This document shows positions 10,111 to 18,547 of a stretch of DNA of 42,952 bases, in pieces (position 1 is the stretch's first letter; each line of letters begins with the position of its first letter). This stretch comes from a virus (lineage: Duplodnaviria; Caudoviricetes): positions 1 through 42,952 of the IMG/VR virus record IMGVR_UViG_3300033489_000022; one strand, written 5' to 3'. The notes beneath the pieces are model-generated. The model was not told the DNA's origin and did no database searches. It saw only the letters and a list, made by a program, of their open reading frames with translations. The position numbers were made by a program, and so were the translations under genes.

Positions 10111-11040
10111 CTAAAGCCGCCAGTTGGCGACCGGCGAGGCGACCCGATGGGCCGCCTCGATGTCTGTCTGGGCGATGGCGAGATAGCGGCGCACCATGTC
10201 CAGCGTGGTGTGCCCCAGGATGCGCTGGAGCGTGTAGATGTCGCCCTTATTGCGCAGATATTGGATGGCGAACGTATGGCGGAAACGATGCGGATGCACA
10301 TCGGCGACGCCGGCGCGCCGGCCGATGCGCGATACGACATGCCACAGCTCGCGGGGGGGCAGCTCCCGGCCCGTGCGCGCGCTGGGGAACAGGACCGCGT
10401 TGATCGTTTCCTCTTTGCGTAGGGCAATGTAGCGCCACAAGATCTGGCCTGTCTGTGGAGAGAAGGGAATCAGGCGCTCCTTGCTGCCTTTGCCCATCAC
10501 GATCACGTGCCGGGCCTTGAGGTCAACGTCATTGATATGCAATGCGCAGAGCTCGGCGGCCCGCATCCCGGTGTCGAGCAACACGAACAACAAAGCCCGG
10601 TTGCGCGCCGCGGTGGCGATGGTGTGTTGGCACTCGCATTTACCCGGGCGCCGGTAGGGCCGGGATTTGTCCACGGCGGCCAGGATCGCTTTGACCTCGG
10701 CCTCCGTAAAAGGGTTGATCACCCGCTCTTCCGGGTGGGGCTGTTGAATCTCGCGGATGATGTTGCTCGCGGCCAGCTTCTCCTTGGTCGCCCAGCGCCA
10801 GAGGGACGATAGGCCGGCATGATGGCCCAGGAGGGATTTCTTGGATAGCGTGGTGAGACTGGCCAGGAATTGCTCGACCTGGCCGGTCGTGATGTCGCCG
10901 ATATCGGGATCGGCGGAGAAAAAGCGTTTGAGCTTTTTGAAGGTATTGACGTAAAAGTCTATGGTGTTTGGGCTGAGCCGGCGAGCGGCAGCGTTTATCA
11001 GGTAGCCTTCGACGGCTTTGGACAAAGGCAGGGAATTCAT
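10111..11040 (-). CDS. int: Phage integrase (tyrosine recombinase, XerC/D-like)
   Basis: DTGMR, GKGSK, HRFRH, LGH...Y catalytic motifs; adjacent to attP. Confidence 0.92.
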   Translation of the reverse strand: MNSLPLSKAVEGYLINAAARRLSPNTIDFYVNTFKKLKRFFSADPDIGDITTGQVEQFLASLTTLSKKSLLGHHAGLSSLWRWATKEKLAASNIIREIQQPHPEERVINPFTEAEVKAILAAVDKSRPYRRPGKCECQHTIATAARNRALLFVLLDTGMRAAELCALHINDVDLKARHVIVMGKGSKERLIPFSPQTGQILWRYIALRKEETINAVLFPSARTGRELPPRELWHVVSRIGRRAGVADVHPHRFRHTFAIQYLRNKGDIYTLQRILGHTTLDMVRRYLAIAQTDIEAAHRVASPVANWRL

Positions 11041-11227
11041 GTGTCCTCCGGTTCGAGTTGGCCTGTATCAATAATGTGAATCCAGTAGCATGTAATTTGA
11101 AACAGGCTTTTTTTGAAACGAGGCACACGAATTATGTGAGCAGAAGCCGGGGGACTTTTTCCCATCGCGGCAACCGATGAACACATGAAGGCTAGATGCC
11201 TTGCTCATGTGTCCACCGGTTTGAAAA

Positions 11228-11270
11228 GTCGGGGCGGGCGGATTTGAACCGCCGACCACTTGAACCCCAT
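11228..11270 (-). other. attP core = 3' half of tRNA-Pro(GGG)
   Basis: Minus strand ATGGGGTTCAAGTGGTCGGCGGTTCAAATCCGCCCGCCCCGAC: anticodon loop, T arm and acceptor 3' strand only; about 190 bp upstream of int. Confidence 0.85.
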
Positions 11271-11421
11271 CTGACCCAATCGAATTTGCCAACCTCTGCC
11301 CACTTGATTCCCCGGTTCGGGTAGCTTGGTGCGCACCGGTTCAAAAAATAAAGTGGGCACTGGTTGGCCTTCCCCGGTCGCTTTCGTGTGCCTTCGCTTC
11401 CTCCGTTTGGCCTCTTCCGCC

Positions 11422-11449
11422 AGTATAGATAATGAAGGTTATTGTCTCA
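11422..11449 (-). repeat. dif/Xer-like 28-bp site 5
   Basis: Reverse strand TGAGACAATAA-CCTTCA-TTATCTATACT; TAA is the stop of 11439..12149. Confidence 0.7.
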
Positions 11450-12149
11450 GAGCTGCTGCTCGTGCCTGCAATTCTTCCAACTTTGCTCTCGATTGCTCTA
11501 TACTGCGTTCGTTTTGCTGTGCTGTCGGTACACTGAGATCAATGACCGCCGAGATCCCACAGCGACATCCAGTCTCTGAAGTACATTTCTCATAAGGCAG
11601 CTCAGGAACTTGGTCAATCGGCCAGGTCATTGAGGCGATCTCCTGGCAAGCTGGGCAAACATGCGAGTCATTACAGGTTCGAATCTTGGCTTTCGTATGA
11701 GGAAGATCGCGGATCTCTTCCATTTCACGCTTAAAGGCTTCACAAGTGCCTTGGTTGATGCGGACTTTTGTCGCACGTCTCGCTGCATCCAAATAGGGTT
11801 GGGGGTCTTTTCCTTCTTCCGTGGCTATTCTTGCCATTTCCTTATGGGCTTGTTCAACCACATCAATCCTTTTGGCTATTGCGACTTGTGTGTTTAGCAG
11901 CCGCCACATTGTATCGTTGACCGATGCGATATATCCAAATTCTTCGCTCAACTCCGCACGGCACTTGTCAAAATCCGGCCTGGTCAATCGGAACCATTGA
12001 AGACGCCAGAGATTGTCTTGTATCCTTGCTTCATCCTCAGTAACAGGTCTACCATCGCGAACAAAGATGAACTTGCCACATGACGGGCATTTCTTTTTCC
12101 GCTTGAGGACCGACTCCAGAGTTATTGAGCAATAAGGGCAAGTGGGCAT
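11439..12149 (-). CDS. Cys-rich hypothetical protein co-transcribed with repressor
   Basis: N-terminal CPYC...CPSC zinc ribbon; C-terminal CPAC...GCRC. Confidence 0.7.
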   Translation of the reverse strand: MPTCPYCSITLESVLKRKKKCPSCGKFIFVRDGRPVTEDEARIQDNLWRLQWFRLTRPDFDKCRAELSEEFGYIASVNDTMWRLLNTQVAIAKRIDVVEQAHKEMARIATEEGKDPQPYLDAARRATKVRINQGTCEAFKREMEEIRDLPHTKAKIRTCNDSHVCPACQEIASMTWPIDQVPELPYEKCTSETGCRCGISAVIDLSVPTAQQNERSIEQSRAKLEELQARAAALRQ

Positions 12150-12485
12150 CTAATCCCCTTTCGCGGCTTTTTCCACCACGCGCACGATGTAGGCTTTGCT
12201 CTCCTCTTTGACCGACGACCACAATGATTTGATCCGTTGCAGGGCTGGATCCGGCCGGGGCAGGCCAACCAGATCATAGATGTCGTCGCCGAGTTTGGCT
12301 ATCCTATCCACATAGGTGGCATTAGGAATGGCCTTGCCCATTAGCCATCGGCTGACTTGTGGTTGGGGACAATCAAGATACTCCGAGAACTCTGTTACAG
12401 TCCAACGCTTGCCAGACTTCTTCTGCAAATCCAAGAACTTGTCATTCAGCCATTTTGAGATTTTGCCATTCATAACTTTGCCCAT
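12150..12485 (-). CDS. CI-like XRE-family HTH repressor
   Basis: TVTEFSEYLDCPQPQVSRWLMGKAIP HTH; divergent from early operon. Confidence 0.8.
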   Translation of the reverse strand: MGKVMNGKISKWLNDKFLDLQKKSGKRWTVTEFSEYLDCPQPQVSRWLMGKAIPNATYVDRIAKLGDDIYDLVGLPRPDPALQRIKSLWSSVKEESKAYIVRVVEKAAKGD

Positions 12486-12492
12486 GCTTCAC

Positions 12493-12521
12493 ATTTTACA
12501 AGTTTATTATGTATTTATCAA
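12493..12521 (-). promoter_or_regulatory. Leftward sigma70-type promoter (probably leaderless repressor mRNA)
   Basis: Minus strand TTGATA-17-TAAAAT, 7 nt before ATG 12485. Confidence 0.6.
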
Positions 12522-12527
12522 TACCTC

Positions 12528-12556
12528 TTGACAAGTCTATGCTTTTGTTGTATTCT
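12528..12556 (+). promoter_or_regulatory. Rightward early promoter
   Basis: TTGACA-17-TATTCT, overlapped by inverted repeat TCTATGCCTG...CAGGCATAGA (12554-12588). Confidence 0.65.
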
Positions 12557-12598
12557 ATGCCTGAGCATGAACAATGCCCAGGCATAGAGAGGTTAGAC

Positions 12599-12793
12599 AT
12601 GTCCGAAGAAAAAGAGCAAATCGGATTTCTGATCAGAAAGCAAGTCGCTGATCGGTTTCGCCAAATGTCGAAAGACGACAGGCGTGGGTTCAGCGCCGAG
12701 TTTGAATTGTTCATTGACCAGGAATGGGAGCGTCGGCAGCCTGTGGCAATGCCGTCCAATATCGGCAAGCGCATCCTGGAGCCATCGGCATGA
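12599..12793 (+). CDS. Cro-position Arc/ribbon-helix-helix-like DNA-binding protein
   Basis: ATG after GAGAGG; IGFLIRKQVADRFRQMSKDDRRGFSAEF pattern. Confidence 0.6.
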   Translation: MSEEKEQIGFLIRKQVADRFRQMSKDDRRGFSAEFELFIDQEWERRQPVAMPSNIGKRILEPSA

Positions 12794-12930
12794 CCATCAC
12801 GTATCTTCCCGACACGGACGAATGGCGCGTCGAGTGGGAGGGAGAGGGAAAGGTCTCGATTCAACACGACCTGGCTGAAGCGATCGGGCGGGTCATGGTC
12901 TGGCTGCAATGGCAGGATCCCAGTAGGTAA
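12790..12930 (+). CDS. Small hypothetical protein
   Basis: ATGA overlap with upstream gene; 46 aa. Confidence 0.45.
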   Translation: MTITYLPDTDEWRVEWEGEGKVSIQHDLAEAIGRVMVWLQWQDPSR

Positions 12931-12933
12931 CGA

Positions 12934-13005
12934 TACGGGGTAGAGCAGAGGAAGCTCGCCAGGCCCATAACCTGGAGGTCCTGGGTTCAAGTCCCAGCCC
13001 CGTTA
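12934..13005 (+). tRNA. tRNA with CAT anticodon, initiator (fMet)-like
   Basis: Cloverleaf TACGGGG TA GAGC AGAGGAA GCTC G CCAGG CCCATAA CCTGG AGGTC CTGGG TTCAAGT CCCAG CCCCGTT A. Confidence 0.85.
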
Positions 13006-13020
13006 CTCGATAGATGATTT

Positions 13021-13623
13021 GTGAGGTTCAACATGACCCATTCATCTTCTGGCGTAGAAATCTTGCTCATTCCTATAGTACTAGTCGCTATTCTCGTGAT
13101 CGGCGCGATGGGGGCCATGTCCGGCCATTCGCCTGCGGTCGTCAGCTACGAGACCGCGAACACATCCAACGCGGCAAATACCGTGAGCATCGCGGAACCC
13201 GCCGCACCCATCTCGGAGGAAATAGACGAGATCATCTTGGCATTGACCGCCCTGGAAGTCGAAATCGTCGAGGCGGGCGGGACTTGGGCACAGGACGCAC
13301 ATGATCTGCCATCCGTTCCCGTCGAGGCGATCCCGATGTTGCCATTGTCCAAACACGCACGATTCGATCACCCTGAGCGCATCAGTGCTGAGAAAATCAT
13401 TGGAGCTTGGCGCTTGGGTCAATGCCATCCCAAGCGCGTGTATTTCGGATGCGATGGGGGCACGACGCAGATCGCCGCATGCAGGGTCGCTGGAATATGG
13501 CTGGTATTGACAGTGGGCCTTCGGTCGCCGGTGACTATCATTTCCCGCATAGAGATCACCGACAAGAATTTGGAGCGCGCGGCACGCACGCATGGTTGCT
13601 CCACACCCGTGGAATATCCATGA
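13021..13623 (+). CDS. Hypothetical membrane-anchored protein
   Basis: N-terminal hydrophobic helix ILLIPIVLVAILVIG. Confidence 0.6.
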   Translation: MRFNMTHSSSGVEILLIPIVLVAILVIGAMGAMSGHSPAVVSYETANTSNAANTVSIAEPAAPISEEIDEIILALTALEVEIVEAGGTWAQDAHDLPSVPVEAIPMLPLSKHARFDHPERISAEKIIGAWRLGQCHPKRVYFGCDGGTTQIAACRVAGIWLVLTVGLRSPVTIISRIEITDKNLERAARTHGCSTPVEYP

Positions 13624-13633
13624 GGAGCATGAG

Positions 13634-13963
13634 ATGACCACCCATGCCGAAGTGGCAAAAAGGTGCGAGGAAATCTATCCCTGCATATTCAAGATGCTCG
13701 CAGCGCAAAGGGTGGAAATACCGCGCCTGCCCGGCCCGCCGATCCGAAGCTCCTTTACCGTGAATTCCATAATCTATGCTTGGGTCGTCGGGCGGATCAT
13801 CTGGCTGTGTTGCATCCTGGGCCAGGTTGGACGCCGTATCATCTGGCTGGCGAACACGACCACAGTTGAAATGGCGGACACTCGCACTGCTATGACGGCT
13901 AATTGGAACAGTGACTTGGTTCCATTAGATCGGGAAAGTTGTGACTTTTTGTTGAAATCGTGA
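13634..13963 (+). CDS. Hypothetical protein
   Basis: ATG after GAGGAG. Confidence 0.45.
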   Translation: MTTHAEVAKRCEEIYPCIFKMLAAQRVEIPRLPGPPIRSSFTVNSIIYAWVVGRIIWLCCILGQVGRRIIWLANTTTVEMADTRTAMTANWNSDLVPLDRESCDFLLKS

Positions 13964-14157
13964 AATGAGATTCGCGCCGAAAAGCCGGACACCTGGCCGG
14001 TGCACGTGGCCGGGGAACATCGGCGCTAGATGAACCCCTCCGCATCCCCTGCCGCCTGGCGCGCAGCAAAGTCGCGTGAACGAGCAGCAGGTCCCCTGCC
14101 TCCGGGGTTTGGATGCGGATGCCCCCACTCCCGTGTAGAACGGGAGCGGGGAGCCTC

Positions 14158-14185
14158 GGAGGAAATAACAGCGATTACTGATACT
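14158..14185 (+). repeat. dif/Xer-like 28-bp site 6
   Basis: GGAGGAAATAA-CAGCGA-TTACTGATACT. Confidence 0.75.
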
Positions 14186-14202
14186 GCCCAGAGGAGGTCA
14201 AA

Positions 14203-14502
14203 ATGATCCTACTTTACTTGAATCCTATGACGGGGCGATCTGAAGACTGCGAATGTGTCGCCCGTGCAGAAACAAAAGAACAACTCCTGGAATTTATCAA
14301 GCGAGAAACTGTTGAACGCTACACAACTGATGGACGATGGCACAAAACTTTTCGACAGGGTGGTCCACTAGAGTGGTTCAATCCTCCTACAGGTTTGGAT
14401 ACATTCTACAAACAGTTTCTAGATGTAGGAACCCGAGAGGATTGGTTGAATCGAGCCAATCTAGAGTGGGACAAGCTACTCGATAAAGTGATGTCTGTCT
14501 GA
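14203..14502 (+). CDS. Hypothetical protein
   Basis: Strong RBS GAGGAGG; AT-richer than flanks. Confidence 0.7.
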   Translation: MILLYLNPMTGRSEDCECVARAETKEQLLEFIKRETVERYTTDGRWHKTFRQGGPLEWFNPPTGLDTFYKQFLDVGTREDWLNRANLEWDKLLDKVMSV

Positions 14503-14854
14503 CAGGAAATAACTTGTGAATACACTGGATTGGATCGTCATCCTGGCCTATTTCGAGACCCTTTTCATCATCGAGGTCTCGATTCTGGCGATAATTGATT
14601 CTCGCTCACGGAAGGATCCGCGATGGCTAAACCGCGTCCACCGAAAGTAGACATCACTCGATATAAGAGGGGCAGAGTCATTTACCGAGCCATCATCCGA
14701 CCCAGGGATGTTCCGTCTACTCGCCCATTGCCATCACCGCCGCCACGGCCTGCCCCAAAATGAATGAGCCACGTTGGACTCGATTGGATTGGTGGGCGCT
14801 GGTGTTTGGATTGCTGGCGCTGGTTGCCGCTCGACTGTTGACATAGGAGGTTCC

Positions 14855-15958
14855 ATGCCACCTTTGGTGATCGTTGAAGCACCCCAAAAGACAAAGTTGC
14901 TGCCTGCCTGGATCGTCGCCCCGGAAGCACCCCTGCAGCCGAGCATCGGGATTGACGACCGCGACGACGATGCGGTCAAGGCCCAGGTGTGGCCGGTAGC
15001 ATACGAACAATGGCTTGCCTCGTGCAGCAAGTCCAATAGCCAGAATACGCTGGGAGGCTACAAGCAGGCCATCAAATCCTTTTTTGAATATACGGGCGGG
15101 GTTCGGCCCTGGCGCGTTATGTCGAGCCACGTGATCGGCTGGCAGAATGAGATGCGCTCGCGAGGGCTGAAGGATACGACGATCAACCTGCGCCTGGCGG
15201 CGCTCAGCTCGCTATTCCGCTTCCTGCAATCCAAGTTCCCCTATCCCGATCCTCGGACTCGAAAGGAGACATTTCTCGTCGGGCGAAACCCGGTGGACTC
15301 GGCGAATCGAGCCAGGGTGGATCCCTATGCCAATGCGGACGCGCTTTCGGTGGATGAGACACGGGCGCTGCTACGCAAGATTGACGGCAGCACCGTCACT
15401 GGTCTGCGTGATTTTGCATTGATCCACACGCTCATCTACACCGGCTGCCGGGTGAGCGAGATACTCCATCTCAAGTGGGGCGACATCACGCAGGATGGGG
15501 GCCACGTCTTTTACGCCTGGTGGGGCAAGGGCGGCAAGCAGGGCAAGTTCGAGCTGCCAGGCGGATCGTATCAAGCGATCTGTGGATACTTGAAGGCTGC
15601 CGGCAGGCTTGAAACCATGACGCCGGGGCAGTACATCTTTGTCGCGCACAGTGATGCGGCTCTGCACTTGCCCAACGTAAAGTCAGTGGACAAGAACAAG
15701 CCGCTGAGTCCAGCCTCTGCCGGCCGGCTCTTGAGGCGCTGGGCCGCCAAAGCGGGTCTGGATCCCAAGAGGATCCATCCGCATTTGCTGCGTCACACGG
15801 CTGCCGACTTGATGGCCGAGGCCTCGGATGGCGACCTGGAAGCGGTGCAGCAATTCCTCCATCACAGCACACTGGCGATCACGCAGATCTATTTGTCCCA
15901 TCGGAAGAAGAATGTCAATCCGCACTGGATGAAGATCGAGCAGATGCTGGGGATGTAA
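14855..15958 (+). CDS. Second tyrosine recombinase (XerC/D-like) in the early operon
   Basis: RBS AGGAGG; YTGCRVSE, GKGGK, HLLRH, LHH...IY motifs; SAM-like N-domain. Confidence 0.9.
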   Translation: MPPLVIVEAPQKTKLLPAWIVAPEAPLQPSIGIDDRDDDAVKAQVWPVAYEQWLASCSKSNSQNTLGGYKQAIKSFFEYTGGVRPWRVMSSHVIGWQNEMRSRGLKDTTINLRLAALSSLFRFLQSKFPYPDPRTRKETFLVGRNPVDSANRARVDPYANADALSVDETRALLRKIDGSTVTGLRDFALIHTLIYTGCRVSEILHLKWGDITQDGGHVFYAWWGKGGKQGKFELPGGSYQAICGYLKAAGRLETMTPGQYIFVAHSDAALHLPNVKSVDKNKPLSPASAGRLLRRWAAKAGLDPKRIHPHLLRHTAADLMAEASDGDLEAVQQFLHHSTLAITQIYLSHRKKNVNPHWMKIEQMLGM

Positions 15959-15965
15959 CTGGGAG

Positions 15966-16211
15966 ATGGAGACCATGAAGCTAGTCACATGTGAAGGGAT
16001 AGAAGAAAGTATTGCGATCGCGTTTGACGATGCCCAAAAGGGCAATGTCGAGCGTGCCAGCGCCCGCGCGCGGCTCGCTCAGGCGGGAGCACTATTGCTC
16101 ATCGTGGAGAGTCTAGACAAGCTCCTCAAGCGGTTGGACCGATGGGATTGTGAGGATCAACTCTCAGTCGCAATCACGTCGCCGATCAGCACGTCGCCGA
16201 TCAGGTCATAA
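15966..16211 (+). CDS. Hypothetical protein
   Basis: ORF between recombinase and methyltransferase. Confidence 0.55.
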   Translation: METMKLVTCEGIEESIAIAFDDAQKGNVERASARARLAQAGALLLIVESLDKLLKRLDRWDCEDQLSVAITSPISTSPIRS

Positions 16212-16216
16212 CACGA

Positions 16217-17116
16217 ATGAAGGCACCTTTCCCGTGGTTTGGCGGCAAATCCAAAGTGGCCGGCTTGGTTTGGGAACGATTCGGCAACGTGAATAACTAT
16301 GTGGAACCGTTCTTCGGATCCGGCGCCATATTGTTGGGACGCCCGCGCTTGTCTGGCACTGAGACGGTCAACGACAAGGACTGCTACCTGGCGAATTTCT
16401 GGCGAGCGATCCAGGCGGCGCCACAAGAGGTGGCCGATTGGGCCGATTGGCCCGTGAACGAGGCCGATCTCCAGGCGCGGCATGTGTGGCTCTTGAACCA
16501 GGTCGAGTTCCGGCAGCGCGTGTTGGATAATCCACATTACTATGACACCCAGGTGGCCGGCTGGTGGGTGTGGGGGCTTTGCCAGTGGATCGGCGGGGCC
16601 TGGTGCGATCAGAACAGGCCGATGGATAGTGATCACCGTCCGCCGCGGCGGATGCCCCGGCCCTTTACGCCGGGTGTATGGATTCGCGGCCACGATGACA
16701 TCTATGATTATTTTCTGGCGCTAGCGCAGCGCCTGCGCGGCGTGCGCGTGCTCTGTGGCGAATGGCATCGCGTTCTGGGGCCCTCGCAGACGACGGCGCT
16801 GGGATTGACAGGCGTCTTGCTCGATCCTCCCTACAGCATCCGGCGTGCAGGGGAGGCTGTCTATGGACAGGATGATCGGGACGTGGCGCACCAGGTCCGC
16901 GAATGGGCCATCGAACATGGGTGGAATCCCGGGCTGCGGATCGCCTTGTGCGGATGTGAGGGCGAACACCAGATGCCGGCGGACTGGACATCGGTGATGT
17001 GGGATCACTCGATGGGATACAGCGAGCATGGGGAGGGCCAGGGGCGCAAACGCGAGATCGTTTGGTTCAGCCCCTATTGCCTGCAAGCGATTCAGATCAG
17101 CGCGTTCGGTGATTAG
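16217..17116 (+). CDS. DNA adenine methyltransferase (D12/Dam-like, orphan)
   Basis: PWFGGKS, EPFFGSGA, VND and DPPY motifs. Confidence 0.88.
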   Translation: MKAPFPWFGGKSKVAGLVWERFGNVNNYVEPFFGSGAILLGRPRLSGTETVNDKDCYLANFWRAIQAAPQEVADWADWPVNEADLQARHVWLLNQVEFRQRVLDNPHYYDTQVAGWWVWGLCQWIGGAWCDQNRPMDSDHRPPRRMPRPFTPGVWIRGHDDIYDYFLALAQRLRGVRVLCGEWHRVLGPSQTTALGLTGVLLDPPYSIRRAGEAVYGQDDRDVAHQVREWAIEHGWNPGLRIALCGCEGEHQMPADWTSVMWDHSMGYSEHGEGQGRKREIVWFSPYCLQAIQISAFGD

Positions 17117-17276
17117 AATGACCGGGCCGGCCAAGCGTCCGTTGGCAGCGGACGGGGCGGCCAAGTGTGACGCCCTGCTTCACGGGGTGAGCAGGGTTGA
17201 GGGTGGGCCTGGGACTGCAGTCACTGCTGAAGGTCCCCGAGGGGTGGCGCCCTCGCCCGGTCTTGAAAGGATATCC

Positions 17277-17861
17277 ATGAAACCAGATGTTCTAAAGCGC
17301 CAGCTCGAAGATGTTTTAGCTGAATTTGATGAGGATCGAGCCTATCTGGGCATGAGTTCCATCGGCAAGTGCCCGCGTTTTCTCTATGAGACGTTTGTGC
17401 ATGGCCGGTCGTCGCCGAACCTGCAAACGAAACGCTATTGCCACGAGGGCTACGTGCATGAGATTGACATTATGTACCGCATGGAAATGGCCGGCTTGAA
17501 TTTGCAGGATCATAACCTGGAGCTGGTGGCGCCCTTCGATGAGCGGTTCCGGGGGCACATTGATGGAAGGTTGGAGGACTGGGTGATCGAGATCAAGAGC
17601 GTGGATGATGACCGGTTCTCCAAAGTCCTCGAGCGCGGGGCATTTTTCGAGCATATGGATCAATGCCAGATGTACATGCGCTATGGCGGATTTCGAGAGG
17701 CGCTCATCATCTACAAGTGCCGGAACACGGGCGAGCTATATTTGTATACCTTGCGCCGTTCAGAAGAGCACGGCCAGCGCCTGGAACAAAAGGCGAAGGA
17801 CATCCTGGCCGCGGTGGATGCCGGACAGCCACCTGCGTGCCTTTGCGGAAGATGCCGATGA
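17277..17861 (+). CDS. PD-(D/E)xK nuclease, Cas4/YqaJ-like
   Basis: SSIGKCPR, GHIDG, IEIKS, QCQMYM, C-terminal CLCGRC. Confidence 0.75.
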   Translation: MKPDVLKRQLEDVLAEFDEDRAYLGMSSIGKCPRFLYETFVHGRSSPNLQTKRYCHEGYVHEIDIMYRMEMAGLNLQDHNLELVAPFDERFRGHIDGRLEDWVIEIKSVDDDRFSKVLERGAFFEHMDQCQMYMRYGGFREALIIYKCRNTGELYLYTLRRSEEHGQRLEQKAKDILAAVDAGQPPACLCGRCR

Positions 17862-18166
17862 TGATTATCTCTGCGGTCATTCTGGAGGCGTTGCGCGTGC
17901 ATCCCATAGGGGAAATGAGCCGGAATGAATTGTGCGCACTCTCCGGTGGCTCGGATCGAATTATCCGGGCATCCATCTCAGAGTTGCGCCGGGCCGGCTG
18001 GCTGATCGTCGGCGATGAGTCCGGCTATCGGTTCGCTCAAAATATCGAGGAGGTGAATCAGGTCATCACGAGCCTGGAGCGCCAGGAGCGCTCGTTGTGC
18101 GAAGTGATCCACGCGATGCGAGAGGCGGCCACGCTTCAATTTGGCCAGCCCGTCTGCTCAATCTAG
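17858..18166 (+). CDS. Winged-HTH DNA-binding protein
   Basis: SRNELCALSGGSDRIIRASISELRRAGWLI...GYRFA. Confidence 0.65.
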   Translation: MMIISAVILEALRVHPIGEMSRNELCALSGGSDRIIRASISELRRAGWLIVGDESGYRFAQNIEEVNQVITSLERQERSLCEVIHAMREAATLQFGQPVCSI

Positions 18167-18192
18167 TATCAATAATCGGCGTTATTTTGCAT
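18165..18192 (-). repeat. dif/Xer-like 28-bp site 7
   Basis: Reverse strand ATGCAAAATAA-CGCCGA-TTATTGATACT. Confidence 0.75.
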
Positions 18193-18223
18193 GGCATAGG
18201 GATGCCATGCCTATGGAGGCGAT

Positions 18224-18493
18224 GTGGTGAACACAATGAGATGTCCCGGCTCGCAGGTGCTCCACCGGCAGCCGATCGCGACGAACATTGACCAGGTCAT
18301 CCGATTCATGCTAGGAGACCAACGTTTGGAGCGGCGCTTGGTGATGACGGCTTTTGAGCCGACCGAGATCAGCACAGCCAGCCCGGTGGGGTGCAAGCTG
18401 GGCGAGGCCCAACCGGGCGATACGTTCAAGGTATCCACTCCCGAAGGCTATCTAGTTGTTAAGGTGCTGGCGGTAGGCGTTTCGCCTGCCTGA
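18224..18493 (+). CDS. GreA/GreB C-terminal-domain-like protein
   Basis: ISTASPVGCKLGEAQPGDTFKVSTPEG...VKVLAV resembles the Gre C-domain IS..SP.G.AL.G...GD...V..P.G. Confidence 0.55.
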   Translation: MVNTMRCPGSQVLHRQPIATNIDQVIRFMLGDQRLERRLVMTAFEPTEISTASPVGCKLGEAQPGDTFKVSTPEGYLVVKVLAVGVSPA

Positions 18494-18547
18494 TTGAATT
18501 GTACGCCCGAAACGGCGTTTTGCGTCCAACGAGTTGGGAGTTCTAAC

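Noticed and set aside
11064-11074. Half copy of the 28-bp site upstream of int (TGTATCAATAA)
   Set aside because: Only the conserved arm is present; the partner arm is missing, so it is not counted.
11228-11270. Complete tRNA-Pro gene
   Set aside because: The 5' half is absent; called as attP core instead.
12515-12525. TTATCAATACC resembling the conserved arm
   Set aside because: No partner arm; explained by the leftward -35 box.
10111-15958. Either recombinase as a canonical integron integrase IntI
   Set aside because: Neither shows the IntI-specific insertion, and neither is adjacent to the arrays.
16520-16547. GTGTTGGATAA-TCCACA-TTACTATGACA inside the MTase gene
   Set aside because: Right arm too divergent to call without a PWM, although it would fill a large gap.
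17125-17235. Possible decayed attC (TTGGCAGCGGACGG...CTGCTGAA)
   Set aside because: No AAC/GTT boxes and weak pairing.
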